Below are positions 42,338 to 51,570 of a DNA stretch of 64,000 nucleotides, piece after piece; the stretch's first letter is position 1; each line of letters begins with the position of its first letter. Source of the stretch: Candidatus Woesearchaeota archaeon. Its GTDB lineage: Archaea; Nanobdellota; Nanobdellia; Woesearchaeales; GW2011-AR4. The stretch spans positions 1,182 through 65,181 of the forward strand of contig JACPTC010000017.1 in assembly GCA_016192985.1 (NCBI GenBank). Direction: 5' to 3'. The notes below the pieces were generated by a model. That model was not told the DNA's origin and made no database searches. It was given only the letters and a program-made list of their open reading frames with translations. A program made the position numbers and the translations under genes.

Positions 42338-43090
42338 ATGGGGCAACAAAAAATATTCCAAAAGAGAAGAAGGATAATGATTGTTGCTATAATCGCATCA
42401 GTATTCCTTTACATGGCTGGTGTATTTAGCGGCATTTATGCAAATAAACTTGTGAAGGAAGAAACCAAGCAGGATATAATGGTCCTCAAGCGAGAAACCA
42501 AACAGGACTTAGGGCACCTTCAAAAGTATATCAGCTTTCTTGACACGAATCTCAAAGATATACAGCTTGAGCAGACATTTGCAGAGACTCTTAGCGCTGA
42601 ACAAATGTGCAATTTTTCATCCATATCCATGAATGAGCTTGTAAATCAGCTGCGTTACTATTGGGACAAATTGCCATACAGGCTAGAAGAGTATGAAAGA
42701 AATAACCAAGTCTCAGATGAGTATCTTCTTCTTAAGGAGCAGTATGCGCATCTCTCAATAAGGACATGGATTCTTGCTAAGAGCCAGTTTGACAGATGCA
42801 ACATGAGCGTAGTGCATGGATTATACTTCTATTCTGCTGAATGCTCCATTTGCGTCAAGCAGGGGGAGCAGATAGACAGGCTAAAACAAATGGTATCGGC
42901 TAACGCAGGCAACCTTATAATGTTTCCGATAGATTTCAACTCAACCCAGGCAATTGTCAAAAACCTGAAGAATTATTACGGTCTTAAATCCACTCCCGCA
43001 ATAGTAATAAACGACAGGGTTTTTCAGGGCAGATTATTCAAGGCAGAAGAGCTAATCAATAACTCAAAAAGGCAAATAAGAAATGCTTAA
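42338..43090 (+). CDS. membrane-anchored coiled-coil protein with a C-terminal thioredoxin-like CxxC domain
   Basis: An N-terminal TM, then a heptad-like middle region, then ...YFYSAECSICVKQGEQID...YGLKSTPAIVINDRVFQG (Trx/Grx-like fold with CSIC). Confidence 0.55.
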   Translation: MGQQKIFQKRRRIMIVAIIASVFLYMAGVFSGIYANKLVKEETKQDIMVLKRETKQDLGHLQKYISFLDTNLKDIQLEQTFAETLSAEQMCNFSSISMNELVNQLRYYWDKLPYRLEEYERNNQVSDEYLLLKEQYAHLSIRTWILAKSQFDRCNMSVVHGLYFYSAECSICVKQGEQIDRLKQMVSANAGNLIMFPIDFNSTQAIVKNLKNYYGLKSTPAIVINDRVFQGRLFKAEELINNSKRQIRNA

Positions 43091-43811
43091 ACTAAACAAA
43101 TCTAAGGTATTTTTGTATTCCGTCTTATTTGTTGTGATGACGTTTATCGCGCTCAATATTCACGGGTTTTATAAAAAAGAATTTTTAGACAACCCTTTAA
43201 TCAAAGAAAGCATAATCTCGCCAAATGCCAATTATTTTTATAGCTTTTACTTAACAGGAACACCCAGCATACAAAACGTAGGCTATTATGGCAGCCCGAA
43301 TGCCAGCATCACAATAATCGCTTTTCTTGATATAGGGTCAGATGCTTCAAAGTATTTTGTGAACACTGTCCTTCCACAACTCGATGAGGAATTTATAATG
43401 GCAGGAAAAGTCAAGTTTTATCCTAAGCACTACCTGACATCACAAGATATCATCGAGAAAAATGATAAGTTTTTATATGCCGCGAACCTGCTTTGCGTGG
43501 AGTCCCTGAAAAAAGATGTTTACTATCGGTTTTATTTTGATTTGCTAAATCTGACAGGGCTTGAAGAGTTCAAGAGCATAATGGAAAAGTTTAATATTAC
43601 AAAAGAAAACTTAAGCAGATGTTTGCAGGAATTAAGTCTTGACAGGCTTAAAATTGACGTTTCAGAAGTGGAAAATTTTGATATACTGGGCATAAACCCG
43701 AGGTTTTATATTGGCATGCACGGAAGAGACAATACGATAATTGATGGCGTTCCTAGTTACACAAAGCTCAGGAGGACAATAAGGCAATATGAGGTTTTGC
43801 TAGGAGATTAA
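43083..43811 (+). CDS. DsbA-like thioredoxin-fold protein with the active-site CxxC replaced by SDAS
   Basis: GSPNASITIIAFLDIGSDASKYFVNTVLPQLDEEFIMAGKVKFYPKHY aligns with the DsbA/Thioredoxin_4 pattern (G.p.A.vtivEFsDfqCPyC..f). An N-terminal TM anchor is present. Confidence 0.6.
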   Translation: MLKLNKSKVFLYSVLFVVMTFIALNIHGFYKKEFLDNPLIKESIISPNANYFYSFYLTGTPSIQNVGYYGSPNASITIIAFLDIGSDASKYFVNTVLPQLDEEFIMAGKVKFYPKHYLTSQDIIEKNDKFLYAANLLCVESLKKDVYYRFYFDLLNLTGLEEFKSIMEKFNITKENLSRCLQELSLDRLKIDVSEVENFDILGINPRFYIGMHGRDNTIIDGVPSYTKLRRTIRQYEVLLGD

Positions 43812-43812
43812 A

Positions 43813-45078
43813 ATGGCATTTACACTCTATGATTTAACGCTATTTATTTATAACTTGTCCCTATTCCCGATAATCTTCTTTTCAGTTTTGTTTATAATAT
43901 TTGCATTGATAAACATATTTATGGGTAACGATAAAAACAACAGGGTGAGATACAGAAATTTAAATGAGCTGCCCTTCATCACTGTGCAGATTCCCACATA
44001 TAATGATCCGGTGGCAGAGCGCTGCTTGAAACAATGCATGAATTTTAACTATCCTAGGAATAAATACGAGATTGTCGTAGCTGATGACAGCACTAGTATA
44101 GAAACCCAAAAGCTTCTAAAATCTTATGCTGACAAAAATCCCAATTTCATAAAGTACGTACACCGCGATAATCGTGAAAATTTTAAGCCAGGAGCATTGA
44201 AAAATGCTTTGAAAGAAAGCCGAGGAGAAATTATAGTTATTTTTGACTCTGACTGGGTTCCTGCGGAGGATTTTATCAAAAAAATCATAAAGCCGTTCTC
44301 AGACCCGAAAGTTGCGATTGTTCAAGCGAGGCAGGGAATCTATAATAAAAACACCAATCTGATCACAAGATTCGCGGCTTATGTAATGACAATTTACCAT
44401 ACAATAATAATGCCGATAAGCAACAAAATAAACTGCGTCTTTTTCTGCGGCACAGCAGGTGCAGTGAGAAGGTCTGCATTGGAAGAGGCTGGCAGTTGGA
44501 ATGTTGAAAGCATAACAGAAGACGCTGACCTGACAGTGAATCTTCTCTTAAGAGGGTATAAAACAGTTTACATGGATTTTGAGACGCCCAGCGAAGTGCC
44601 TGATAATTTTGAGGGTTTTATAAAGCAGCAGATGAGGTGGTGCTATGGCAATGCGAGGGTATTTATCGACAATGCTTCTGGAATCTTATTCAGCAAAGAT
44701 TTAAACATAAAACAGAGGCTTATGATAAGCTACATCACTTTAGGAAATGCAGTGGCACCGGTTGTTGTAATCATGACCTTTTTTGGGCTTTTAGGATGGT
44801 TTTTGGGTGAATTAACGCTGTTTGACATGAATGATGTGATAACCTTTTTTATCAGATTCCTATACACTTCTGGCTTCCTTTTAATGGGAATACTCACCCT
44901 ATACAAGAAGCAGCAATTGAATGAGCTGCCATACCTAATCTTGTCGGCTCTAACTATAGGGATTATCACAGCTGTTGCAATCAGCATAGCATTTTTCCGT
45001 GCAGTGACAAACAGGAAATTGCGTTGGTTTTGCACGCCAAAGATTGCAAATGAGAATTTTATTAAAAATATATCTTAA
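43813..45078 (+). CDS. processive family 2 glycosyltransferase (cellulose/chitin/hyaluronan-synthase-like)
   Basis: VQIPTYNDP, VADDSTS, FDSDW, TEDADL and QQMRWCYG (the Q(Q/R)xRW motif), flanked by TM segments. Confidence 0.8.
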   Translation: MAFTLYDLTLFIYNLSLFPIIFFSVLFIIFALINIFMGNDKNNRVRYRNLNELPFITVQIPTYNDPVAERCLKQCMNFNYPRNKYEIVVADDSTSIETQKLLKSYADKNPNFIKYVHRDNRENFKPGALKNALKESRGEIIVIFDSDWVPAEDFIKKIIKPFSDPKVAIVQARQGIYNKNTNLITRFAAYVMTIYHTIIMPISNKINCVFFCGTAGAVRRSALEEAGSWNVESITEDADLTVNLLLRGYKTVYMDFETPSEVPDNFEGFIKQQMRWCYGNARVFIDNASGILFSKDLNIKQRLMISYITLGNAVAPVVVIMTFFGLLGWFLGELTLFDMNDVITFFIRFLYTSGFLLMGILTLYKKQQLNELPYLILSALTIGIITAVAISIAFFRAVTNRKLRWFCTPKIANENFIKNIS

Positions 45079-46148
45079 GATTTATCAAGATTTAGTTTTT
45101 CCGATATCTTATGCCCTTTAAAATAACTAACTAAGTACTCTCCAACAATTCTGTTGCCAGCAAAGTTCCAATGCCTGTCATTTATCACATAAGGATTTAC
45201 CCCTTCTTTTATCTTATTCTCCATATGTTTTGTCAGTCCAGGTATGTAGGTTATATTGTTATGAAAACTAATATACTCTTCATATTTTTTAAGTCTATCA
45301 TCAGCGCTAAACAAATAAATTGGCGTATTTCCTGATCTTACTTTAACCAAAGCAAAAATTTTATCAGTAGTATTAAGGGTTCTGCCAAATTTCCCTTTCC
45401 AAATCAGCGCATCCGAAAAATCCCTTTTCCAAAACTCATGACCATACACTCTACTATAGAATATGTCTTTTTTCCCATTAACCCACATATTTCGCTGAAC
45501 AGCATCATAACTATCCATCAACAAATCAAATATTCTCGATTTGTCCCTGTATCTGCCCAATGGCAACGGCAATCTATATACAATTTTGCCGTTTTGGAGG
45601 TATGGCCTGTAGCCATGATTATTAAATGGATACTCTCCAAGGTCGGCTTCATAATCGTTATTAATAAAATCGTTAAAATAAAATTGCCACAATATTGCAT
45701 CAGGCTTGATAATATCAATAAAACTGTCTAAAATCATATACTCCTGCAACGACCCAAAACCGCCAGCCCCATAAACAAACAGTTCGATGTTGTCAAACTC
45801 TTTTTCCATATCCGCGTACCACTCTTCACCATTTGAGACAAACCTCATGTCAGTAAAAGAATCTCCTATGATAAATATCTTAATCTTTGAAGTGCTTGCA
45901 TTACCCCATCTCTTAAATCCGTTATTGTAGTAGGCTATGGTAATATTTCTGGTATTGTTAATATCATCATCTACAGTTTTATACTCTAAAAATGGCTTAT
46001 CCCATGCCCAGCCATATTTTGTGTGAACATGTATAGGGGGAAAAGCTATTCTAAGTATAATCTCAATAATTATCAGGCTAATCAATAGTGAAACGACCAA
46101 TAGCAAAAATTCCTTTCTTCCATTTTTAATAAACTGAGCTAGGACCAT
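45075..46148 (-). CDS. membrane-anchored SGNH/GDSL-like protein of the AlgJ/AlgX type (polysaccharide O-acyl transferase/esterase-like)
   Basis: An N-terminal TM; block I FIIGDSFT; YGAGGFG; and NDRHWN, which resembles the D.HW motif of AlgJ/AlgX-type SGNH proteins. Confidence 0.55.
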   Translation of the reverse strand: MVLAQFIKNGRKEFLLLVVSLLISLIIIEIILRIAFPPIHVHTKYGWAWDKPFLEYKTVDDDINNTRNITIAYYNNGFKRWGNASTSKIKIFIIGDSFTDMRFVSNGEEWYADMEKEFDNIELFVYGAGGFGSLQEYMILDSFIDIIKPDAILWQFYFNDFINNDYEADLGEYPFNNHGYRPYLQNGKIVYRLPLPLGRYRDKSRIFDLLMDSYDAVQRNMWVNGKKDIFYSRVYGHEFWKRDFSDALIWKGKFGRTLNTTDKIFALVKVRSGNTPIYLFSADDRLKKYEEYISFHNNITYIPGLTKHMENKIKEGVNPYVINDRHWNFAGNRIVGEYLVSYFKGHKISEKLNLDKS

Positions 46149-46188
46149 CTTTACAAGAGCGTCATCAGAGCATTTTTAAAACTAAACA

Positions 46189-46196
46189 TTTAAATT
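46189..46196 (+). promoter_or_regulatory. TATA box (TTTAAATT) for the second GT2 gene
   Basis: It lies 25 nt upstream of the ATG at 46222. Confidence 0.4.
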
Positions 46197-46221
46197 TATT
46201 GTGCAATTAATTTATATGTAA

Positions 46222-47481
46222 ATGCCGCTTGTAACATTACTATCCAATATAATAACGACAATTTTTTTACTTGTAGTCTTATCATACTATGTCCTAATAT
46301 TCATCAAAGCAAGGAAACATAAAGCAGAGAAAAAATTTAACTCAATTACGGTTTTAGTTCCTGCACACAATGAAGAGCGCTATATAGGCGCATGCATCAA
46401 GTCAATAAAGAATGCTGAATTTAATGGCACAAAGAAAATAATAGTCATAAATGACGGCAGTACGGATAAAACAGAAGAAGAAATAAAAAATGAGATGGAT
46501 AACTTGGTTACACTTATCAATACTTCCCATAAAGGCAAAGCAAATGCCATTAATAAAGCTCTAAAATATGTAAAAAGCGAGATAGTAGTTATTGTAGATG
46601 CTGACAGCACCATAGACAGATACGCTCTTGCGGAGTTAGCTAAAACAATGTCATCCGGCAGGTTTGCTGCAGCAACTGGGGTTGTTAAAGTAAAAAACAG
46701 GAAACTGTTTTTTGGCATGTGGCTGCATATAGAGCAAACATACAATTCCTTAATGAGGAGCGTATTCTCAAAAATTAATGCAAACATAGTTACACCAGGG
46801 CCACTTAGCATCTATAGAAAATCTGATTTGAGGGATGTGGGGGGATTTAGCGATAAAGGCTTCTCAGAAGATGTAGACATTGCAGTTAGACTGATTAGAA
46901 AAGGTCACAAAATAGGTTTTAATGAAAAAGCTGTGGCAGAGACTAATATGCCTTCCACTTTCAAAGGATTTTTTAAACAAAGATCACGTTTTGCAAAAGG
47001 CTGGATTAATATATTCAAAAAACATCTGCAAATTAACACATCTGTAATAGATGTTTATTCTCTGCCTTTGGCTTTATTCACTTATATTCAAGCAGTTATA
47101 ATGGGTATAATAACTATTTACAACATTTTGAGCGGATATTTTATTTATTTTTATTCAAAAGGAATGTACTTAAACATACAGGTTATAATGTATTTCATTG
47201 ACTGGCTTTCAATTGTAGGCGCAATAAAGTGGATTTTAAGCATAATTCATGGCACCACTCCGCTGACATTCATAACAGCGATAAGCTTAATCATCTTTTT
47301 GCTGTCATACCCGCTGTACTTAGTTGCCATTATTAAGCTTGATAAAAAAATTGACATATGGCACTTTATTCCGCTCTTCTTCATGTTCCCGTTTTGGCTG
47401 TTAGTAATGATAATCTACATCATTTCACTTCCTGAATCATTAAAGAGCAAACAATACAACATATGGGAAAAAAGCGAGTAA
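46222..47481 (+). CDS. processive family 2 glycosyltransferase (PgaC/IcaA-like)
   Basis: VLVPAHNEERYI, INDGSTDKT, VDADS, SEDVD and QRSRFAKGW (a QxxRW variant), with C-terminal TM helices. Confidence 0.75.
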   Translation: MPLVTLLSNIITTIFLLVVLSYYVLIFIKARKHKAEKKFNSITVLVPAHNEERYIGACIKSIKNAEFNGTKKIIVINDGSTDKTEEEIKNEMDNLVTLINTSHKGKANAINKALKYVKSEIVVIVDADSTIDRYALAELAKTMSSGRFAAATGVVKVKNRKLFFGMWLHIEQTYNSLMRSVFSKINANIVTPGPLSIYRKSDLRDVGGFSDKGFSEDVDIAVRLIRKGHKIGFNEKAVAETNMPSTFKGFFKQRSRFAKGWINIFKKHLQINTSVIDVYSLPLALFTYIQAVIMGIITIYNILSGYFIYFYSKGMYLNIQVIMYFIDWLSIVGAIKWILSIIHGTTPLTFITAISLIIFLLSYPLYLVAIIKLDKKIDIWHFIPLFFMFPFWLLVMIIYIISLPESLKSKQYNIWEKSE

Positions 47482-47490
47482 AAAGTCAAA

Positions 47491-48870
47491 ATGAAAACTC
47501 GGTTTAATTATGACACCATAATCATTATAGCTCTTTTTTCTTTTTTTAGCATGAAAATAGCCTCATTGTTCGTTCACCAAGACCTGTGGTGGGACTCTTC
47601 TGTTTATGCCAATATGGGCAAATACCTTTACTCTTTTGGGAAATCCGGCTTGTGGGAGGCTTCCAGACCATTAATTTGGCCTTTAATGCTGGGTTTTTTA
47701 TGGAAAATAGGAATCGACTTTATTTTTTTCGGCAAGCTTCTTGTCATCCTGTTTAGCTTAGGCTGCTCTGTTATGACTTACCTCATTTCATCACATTTAT
47801 TCTCAAAAAAAACTGCGTTTTACTCAGCACTTTTATTCACATTTTCACCTACTTTTTTCCTTTTTAACAATATACTTTACTCTGACATACCATCCACATT
47901 CTTTTTGCTTATAGGTGTATACTTTTTTATTAAAAAAAAGCACAATTATGCGGGGCTTTTTTTCGGAATATCTTTTATGACAAGATTTTTCCAGATTTTT
48001 TTCATATTTCCGGTTCTTTTATCATATGCATATCAAATTTACAAAAAGAAAATTAACATAGACAAACTTGTCATTTTCTTATTGTTTTTTTTAATTCCAG
48101 TTGCTCCGTTTCTCTTATTTAACCTTTATCTATACAAAAACCCTTTCTACCCGTTCATTTTGCAATCTTTTATGACAAAATACACTGGCTGGATTTTTTA
48201 CCAACCGTCATATTTTTACCTTGTGAGCCTTATTAAGGAAAATCTTTTAGCTGTATTCTTGCTGGCAGGCTTCTATATTGTGATAAAAAAAGGAAATTTT
48301 CAAAAAAAATTCATCTTAACAGTTTTTATAGCACCTTTTATCCTTTACAATCTCTCAAAGCACAAAGAGATGAGGCTATTGATGCCTCTTTTTCCATTCT
48401 TTTACATTCTGGTGAGTGCCGGAATGCTGTATTTTGCAGGACTTTTCAAGAAAAACAAAAATATTATACTGGCTTTATTGCTGCTACTTTGGCTTGCTCA
48501 AACAGCAACTCAATTAAGGTTTGACAGATATGAGGACAGTTTGGACGCTTTTTATAATTATGCAGGTTCAATAAAAACAAATGACGGGATCTGGATATCC
48601 AACCCTTCATTTATCATTTTCTCAGACAAAAAAGCAGAGGAGCTGATGTACTACCCATTATATGATTCAAAGAAGGCAAAAGAGCTGCAGGCAAAAGCTG
48701 ACAGGGCCAATAATGTGATGATCAATACTTGCGATATTCTGCCGTGCCCTCCTGACGACAATAAATGTTTGGATGAAACCGACAAACTAATCGGCTTACT
48801 GAGCCAAAAACTAAAGTTGAGATACAATATGGAGAAAAACAAATGCAAATACCTTATTTTTGAGAAATAG
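47491..48870 (+). CDS. GT-C fold membrane glycosyltransferase (ArnT/PMT_2-like) with a Cys-containing C-terminal soluble domain
   Basis: About 11 TM helices; a first-loop acidic motif LWWDSSVY; overall ArnT/GT39/GT83-like architecture. Confidence 0.6.
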   Translation: MKTRFNYDTIIIIALFSFFSMKIASLFVHQDLWWDSSVYANMGKYLYSFGKSGLWEASRPLIWPLMLGFLWKIGIDFIFFGKLLVILFSLGCSVMTYLISSHLFSKKTAFYSALLFTFSPTFFLFNNILYSDIPSTFFLLIGVYFFIKKKHNYAGLFFGISFMTRFFQIFFIFPVLLSYAYQIYKKKINIDKLVIFLLFFLIPVAPFLLFNLYLYKNPFYPFILQSFMTKYTGWIFYQPSYFYLVSLIKENLLAVFLLAGFYIVIKKGNFQKKFILTVFIAPFILYNLSKHKEMRLLMPLFPFFYILVSAGMLYFAGLFKKNKNIILALLLLLWLAQTATQLRFDRYEDSLDAFYNYAGSIKTNDGIWISNPSFIIFSDKKAEELMYYPLYDSKKAKELQAKADRANNVMINTCDILPCPPDDNKCLDETDKLIGLLSQKLKLRYNMEKNKCKYLIFEK

Positions 48871-48872
48871 GA

Positions 48873-49331
48873 TTATTCCTTCAGTTTTATAAAATCGCCT
48901 AATGTGAATCCCTCTAATTTTTTGCCTTTGAAAATATCGCGTTTCTCCTGATGTTCTTCGATAAGCTTTACACCCAGTGCCTTTTCCAGCTTTTTTGCAA
49001 GCGATAAAGACGGCTCTAAAGTGCCAATCTCGAGCTTATGTATTGTGGATTCCTTTTCCCTTATTGCAGCGGCAAAATCTTTTTGCGTTAACCCCATTGC
49101 TTCACGCTTCCTTTTTATCACATCTGCAAAATTCTCGATTACTAATTCAAAATTTTCCACTTTATTTTCTACTTGCCTAACTTTAGCTTTTGGAATTTCG
49201 GTTTTGACAGGACCTATCACTCTCCCAAATTTGCTGCATTCAAGACAAACCTGCAGCTCAACCTCCTCAATCAGAGCCTTGTTTAGCCTGTCGCCAACTT
49301 TTCCGCACAGGTCGCAGTTAATCTTTATCAC
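48873..49331 (-). CDS. mbf1: archaeal multiprotein bridging factor 1 (aMBF1): zinc ribbon plus XRE-type HTH
   Basis: CDLCGK...CLECSKFG and GLTQKDFAAAIREKESTIHKLEIG. The start codon is GTG, with a stop codon immediately upstream. Confidence 0.8.
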   Translation of the reverse strand: MIKINCDLCGKVGDRLNKALIEEVELQVCLECSKFGRVIGPVKTEIPKAKVRQVENKVENFELVIENFADVIKRKREAMGLTQKDFAAAIREKESTIHKLEIGTLEPSLSLAKKLEKALGVKLIEEHQEKRDIFKGKKLEGFTLGDFIKLKE

Positions 49332-49379
49332 CTATCATTGTTACGATAATCTCACGATTTATCAAAGTATTGATTAAAA

Positions 49380-50180
49380 TTATCCTAATTTTTCCAAATC
49401 TTTTTTGCTGTGTATGTGCAACTCTTTCTCGGAGCTCAAATGCCCATAGAGCAGCCCTCTGTCAGCAAGTTGTTGAAATACATCAAATTCCAAGCTTGAC
49501 CCCGCATAGTCAAAAATCTGTAGCTCTGTAACAAAAATTGGAGAGAACACAAGATAAATGTCCGATTTCTTGGGCTTTTGCGTGAAAGCAAGAACCCTGT
49601 TGCCTTCTACCTTGACAGTGCCTTTTTCGCTGGGTTTTGAGGATGTGGTGAGCATTATTGTCGCTATCGCATTCTGCTTGATATGATCATTCCACAGCTC
49701 TTCAATGCTTATCTTGCTGAAGATAACATCGCCGTAAACCACAAGAAAATTTGAATTAATCTTCCCTTTCAGTAATCTCAAGGAATCTGCAGTGCCGTTT
49801 GCTGATTTTTCCTCAATATAATTTATCTTCACGCCGTAATCAGTGCCGTCTTTCAACATCTCAAACAATTTTGTTAGCATATGATGCCTTGCAACAACAA
49901 AAATTTTTTTGAAATTGTTTTCCCTCAATTTTTTCAATGCAAGTTCAATAACGGTGCTGTTTCTTATCCCAGCAGTTGGCCTGTACACATTTTTTGATAT
50001 CCTTAGTTTATCTTCAGGGCCGCCAAGAAGAATTGCAGCTGTTTTGTTCTCCCCCAAAGCGCTGTTTGCCAAGTGTTCAATAGCTTGGCTTCTGTTGCGT
50101 ATGTAAACATTGTCTATAATTGAATCTATCCTATTCAAAGTTTTTTCATTGATAGTTATGGAAATTTTTGTTTTTGTCAT
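49380..50180 (-). CDS. fusion of a ribbon-helix-helix (CopG-like) DNA-binding domain with a sugar-nucleotidyltransferase-like domain
   Basis: RHH domain: KISITINEKTLNRIDSIID...NRSQAIEHL. NTP_transferase-like domain: AAILLGG..., ANGTADSL, LVVYGDVIF. The GxGTRL signature loop is degenerate (GGPEDKLR). Confidence 0.6.
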   Translation of the reverse strand: MTKTKISITINEKTLNRIDSIIDNVYIRNRSQAIEHLANSALGENKTAAILLGGPEDKLRISKNVYRPTAGIRNSTVIELALKKLRENNFKKIFVVARHHMLTKLFEMLKDGTDYGVKINYIEEKSANGTADSLRLLKGKINSNFLVVYGDVIFSKISIEELWNDHIKQNAIATIMLTTSSKPSEKGTVKVEGNRVLAFTQKPKKSDIYLVFSPIFVTELQIFDYAGSSLEFDVFQQLADRGLLYGHLSSEKELHIHSKKDLEKLG

Positions 50181-50229
50181 TTATTTACCACTCTCATTTT
50201 TCCATTTTTGGTAGCATAAAGTAGGATAA

Positions 50230-50247
50230 TGGTAAGATATTTAAATA
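50230..50247 (+). promoter_or_regulatory. BRE/TATA promoter element TGGTAAGATATTTAAATA for the ugd operon
   Basis: TTTAAATA (50240-50247) lies 21 nt upstream of the ATG at 50269. The 17-mer is identical to 37215-37231. Confidence 0.5.
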
Positions 50248-50268
50248 ACTTTCTATTAATGCAGGCTT

Positions 50269-51570
50269 ATGAGAATTGCAGTTGTAGGAGCTGGATATGT
50301 TGGATTGGTGACAGCAGCCTGCTTTGCAGAGCTTGAAAATGATGTGGTATGTGTTGATATAGATAAAGAAAAGATAAAAAATCTGAACAGCAACATTGTT
50401 CCAATATACGAGCCGGGCTTGGAAGAGTTTGTGGCAAGGAACAAAGAAAGGCAAAAGCTAAAGTTTACTGACGATTTAAGAAAAGCCATAGCAAAATCTG
50501 AGATTGTATTCATTTGTGTTGGAACGCCTCCAAAGGAAAATGGAGAGGCGGATTTGAGCTATGTGGAAGGCGTAGCAAGAGCAATTGCCGAAGTAATGAG
50601 CTCTTATAAGGTAATTGTTGAGAAAAGCACAGTGCCTGTTGAAACTGGGGAGAAAGTGGCAAAAGCAATAAAATCCTACAACTCGCACAATGTGGATTTT
50701 GATGTTGTGAGCAACCCGGAATTCTTGAGGGAAGGAAGTGCTGTAAAGGACTTTATGCAGCCAGATAGAATAGTTGTAGGATGCGAGAGTGAGAGGGCAA
50801 AGCAAATAATGGCTGAACTGTACAAGCCATTAAAGGCGCCAATAATCTTTACAGACATAAAAAGTGCAGAAATAATAAAGCATGCTTCGAATTCTTTCCT
50901 AGCAACAAAAATCTCTTTCATAAACGCAATAGCAAACATATGCGAGCTGGCAGGGGCTGACGTAGGCAAGGTGGCAGAAGGCATGGGCTACGATAAAAGA
51001 ATCAGCAGGGCGTTTTTGAATGCAGGCATAGGTTATGGCGGCTTTTGCTTTCCAAAAGATGCCGAGGCATTTATAAGGATAGCTGAAAAATTTGGCTATG
51101 ACTTTAAGCTCCTCAAATCAGTTCAGGAAATAAACAAAGCCCAGAGAAAACATTTTGTAAACAAGATAGAAAAAGCGTTATGGGTTGTCAAAGGCAAAAC
51201 AATCGCAATTTTAGGGCTCTCTTTCAAGCCTGATACAGATGATATGAGGTTTGCGCCTTCTATAGACATAATAAATCAGCTGCAATCAGAAGGAGCTAAG
51301 ATAAAAGCTTATGACCCTGCTGCTATGGAAAAAGCAAAAAGCGTTCTGCGAGATATAACCTATTGCAATAATCCATATGAAGCTGCAAAAGATGCGGATG
51401 CTTTGGCAATAGTGACAGAGTGGAACGAATTCAAAAATCTTGATTTCAAAAAAATAAAGTCTTTGATGAAGCACCCATTGATAGTTGACGGCAGGGATAT
51501 CTATAATCCCGAATCGCTCAAAAAAGAAGGATTTGCCTACATAAGCATAGGAAGAAAAGATGTGTTTTAG
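50269..51570 (+). CDS. ugd: UDP-glucose 6-dehydrogenase
   Basis: MRIAVVGAGYVGLVTAACFAE..., GFGGxC context GYGGFCFPKD, and family length. Confidence 0.9.
   Translation: MRIAVVGAGYVGLVTAACFAELENDVVCVDIDKEKIKNLNSNIVPIYEPGLEEFVARNKERQKLKFTDDLRKAIAKSEIVFICVGTPPKENGEADLSYVEGVARAIAEVMSSYKVIVEKSTVPVETGEKVAKAIKSYNSHNVDFDVVSNPEFLREGSAVKDFMQPDRIVVGCESERAKQIMAELYKPLKAPIIFTDIKSAEIIKHASNSFLATKISFINAIANICELAGADVGKVAEGMGYDKRISRAFLNAGIGYGGFCFPKDAEAFIRIAEKFGYDFKLLKSVQEINKAQRKHFVNKIEKALWVVKGKTIAILGLSFKPDTDDMRFAPSIDIINQLQSEGAKIKAYDPAAMEKAKSVLRDITYCNNPYEAAKDADALAIVTEWNEFKNLDFKKIKSLMKHPLIVDGRDIYNPESLKKEGFAYISIGRKDVF

Noticed and set aside
50194-50984. Minus-strand ORFs overlapping the ugd promoter and 5' region (50194-50454, 50256-50513, 50476-50805, 50676-50984)
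   Set aside because: They are antisense to a strongly supported ugd gene and cross its promoter. I recognise no domains in them.
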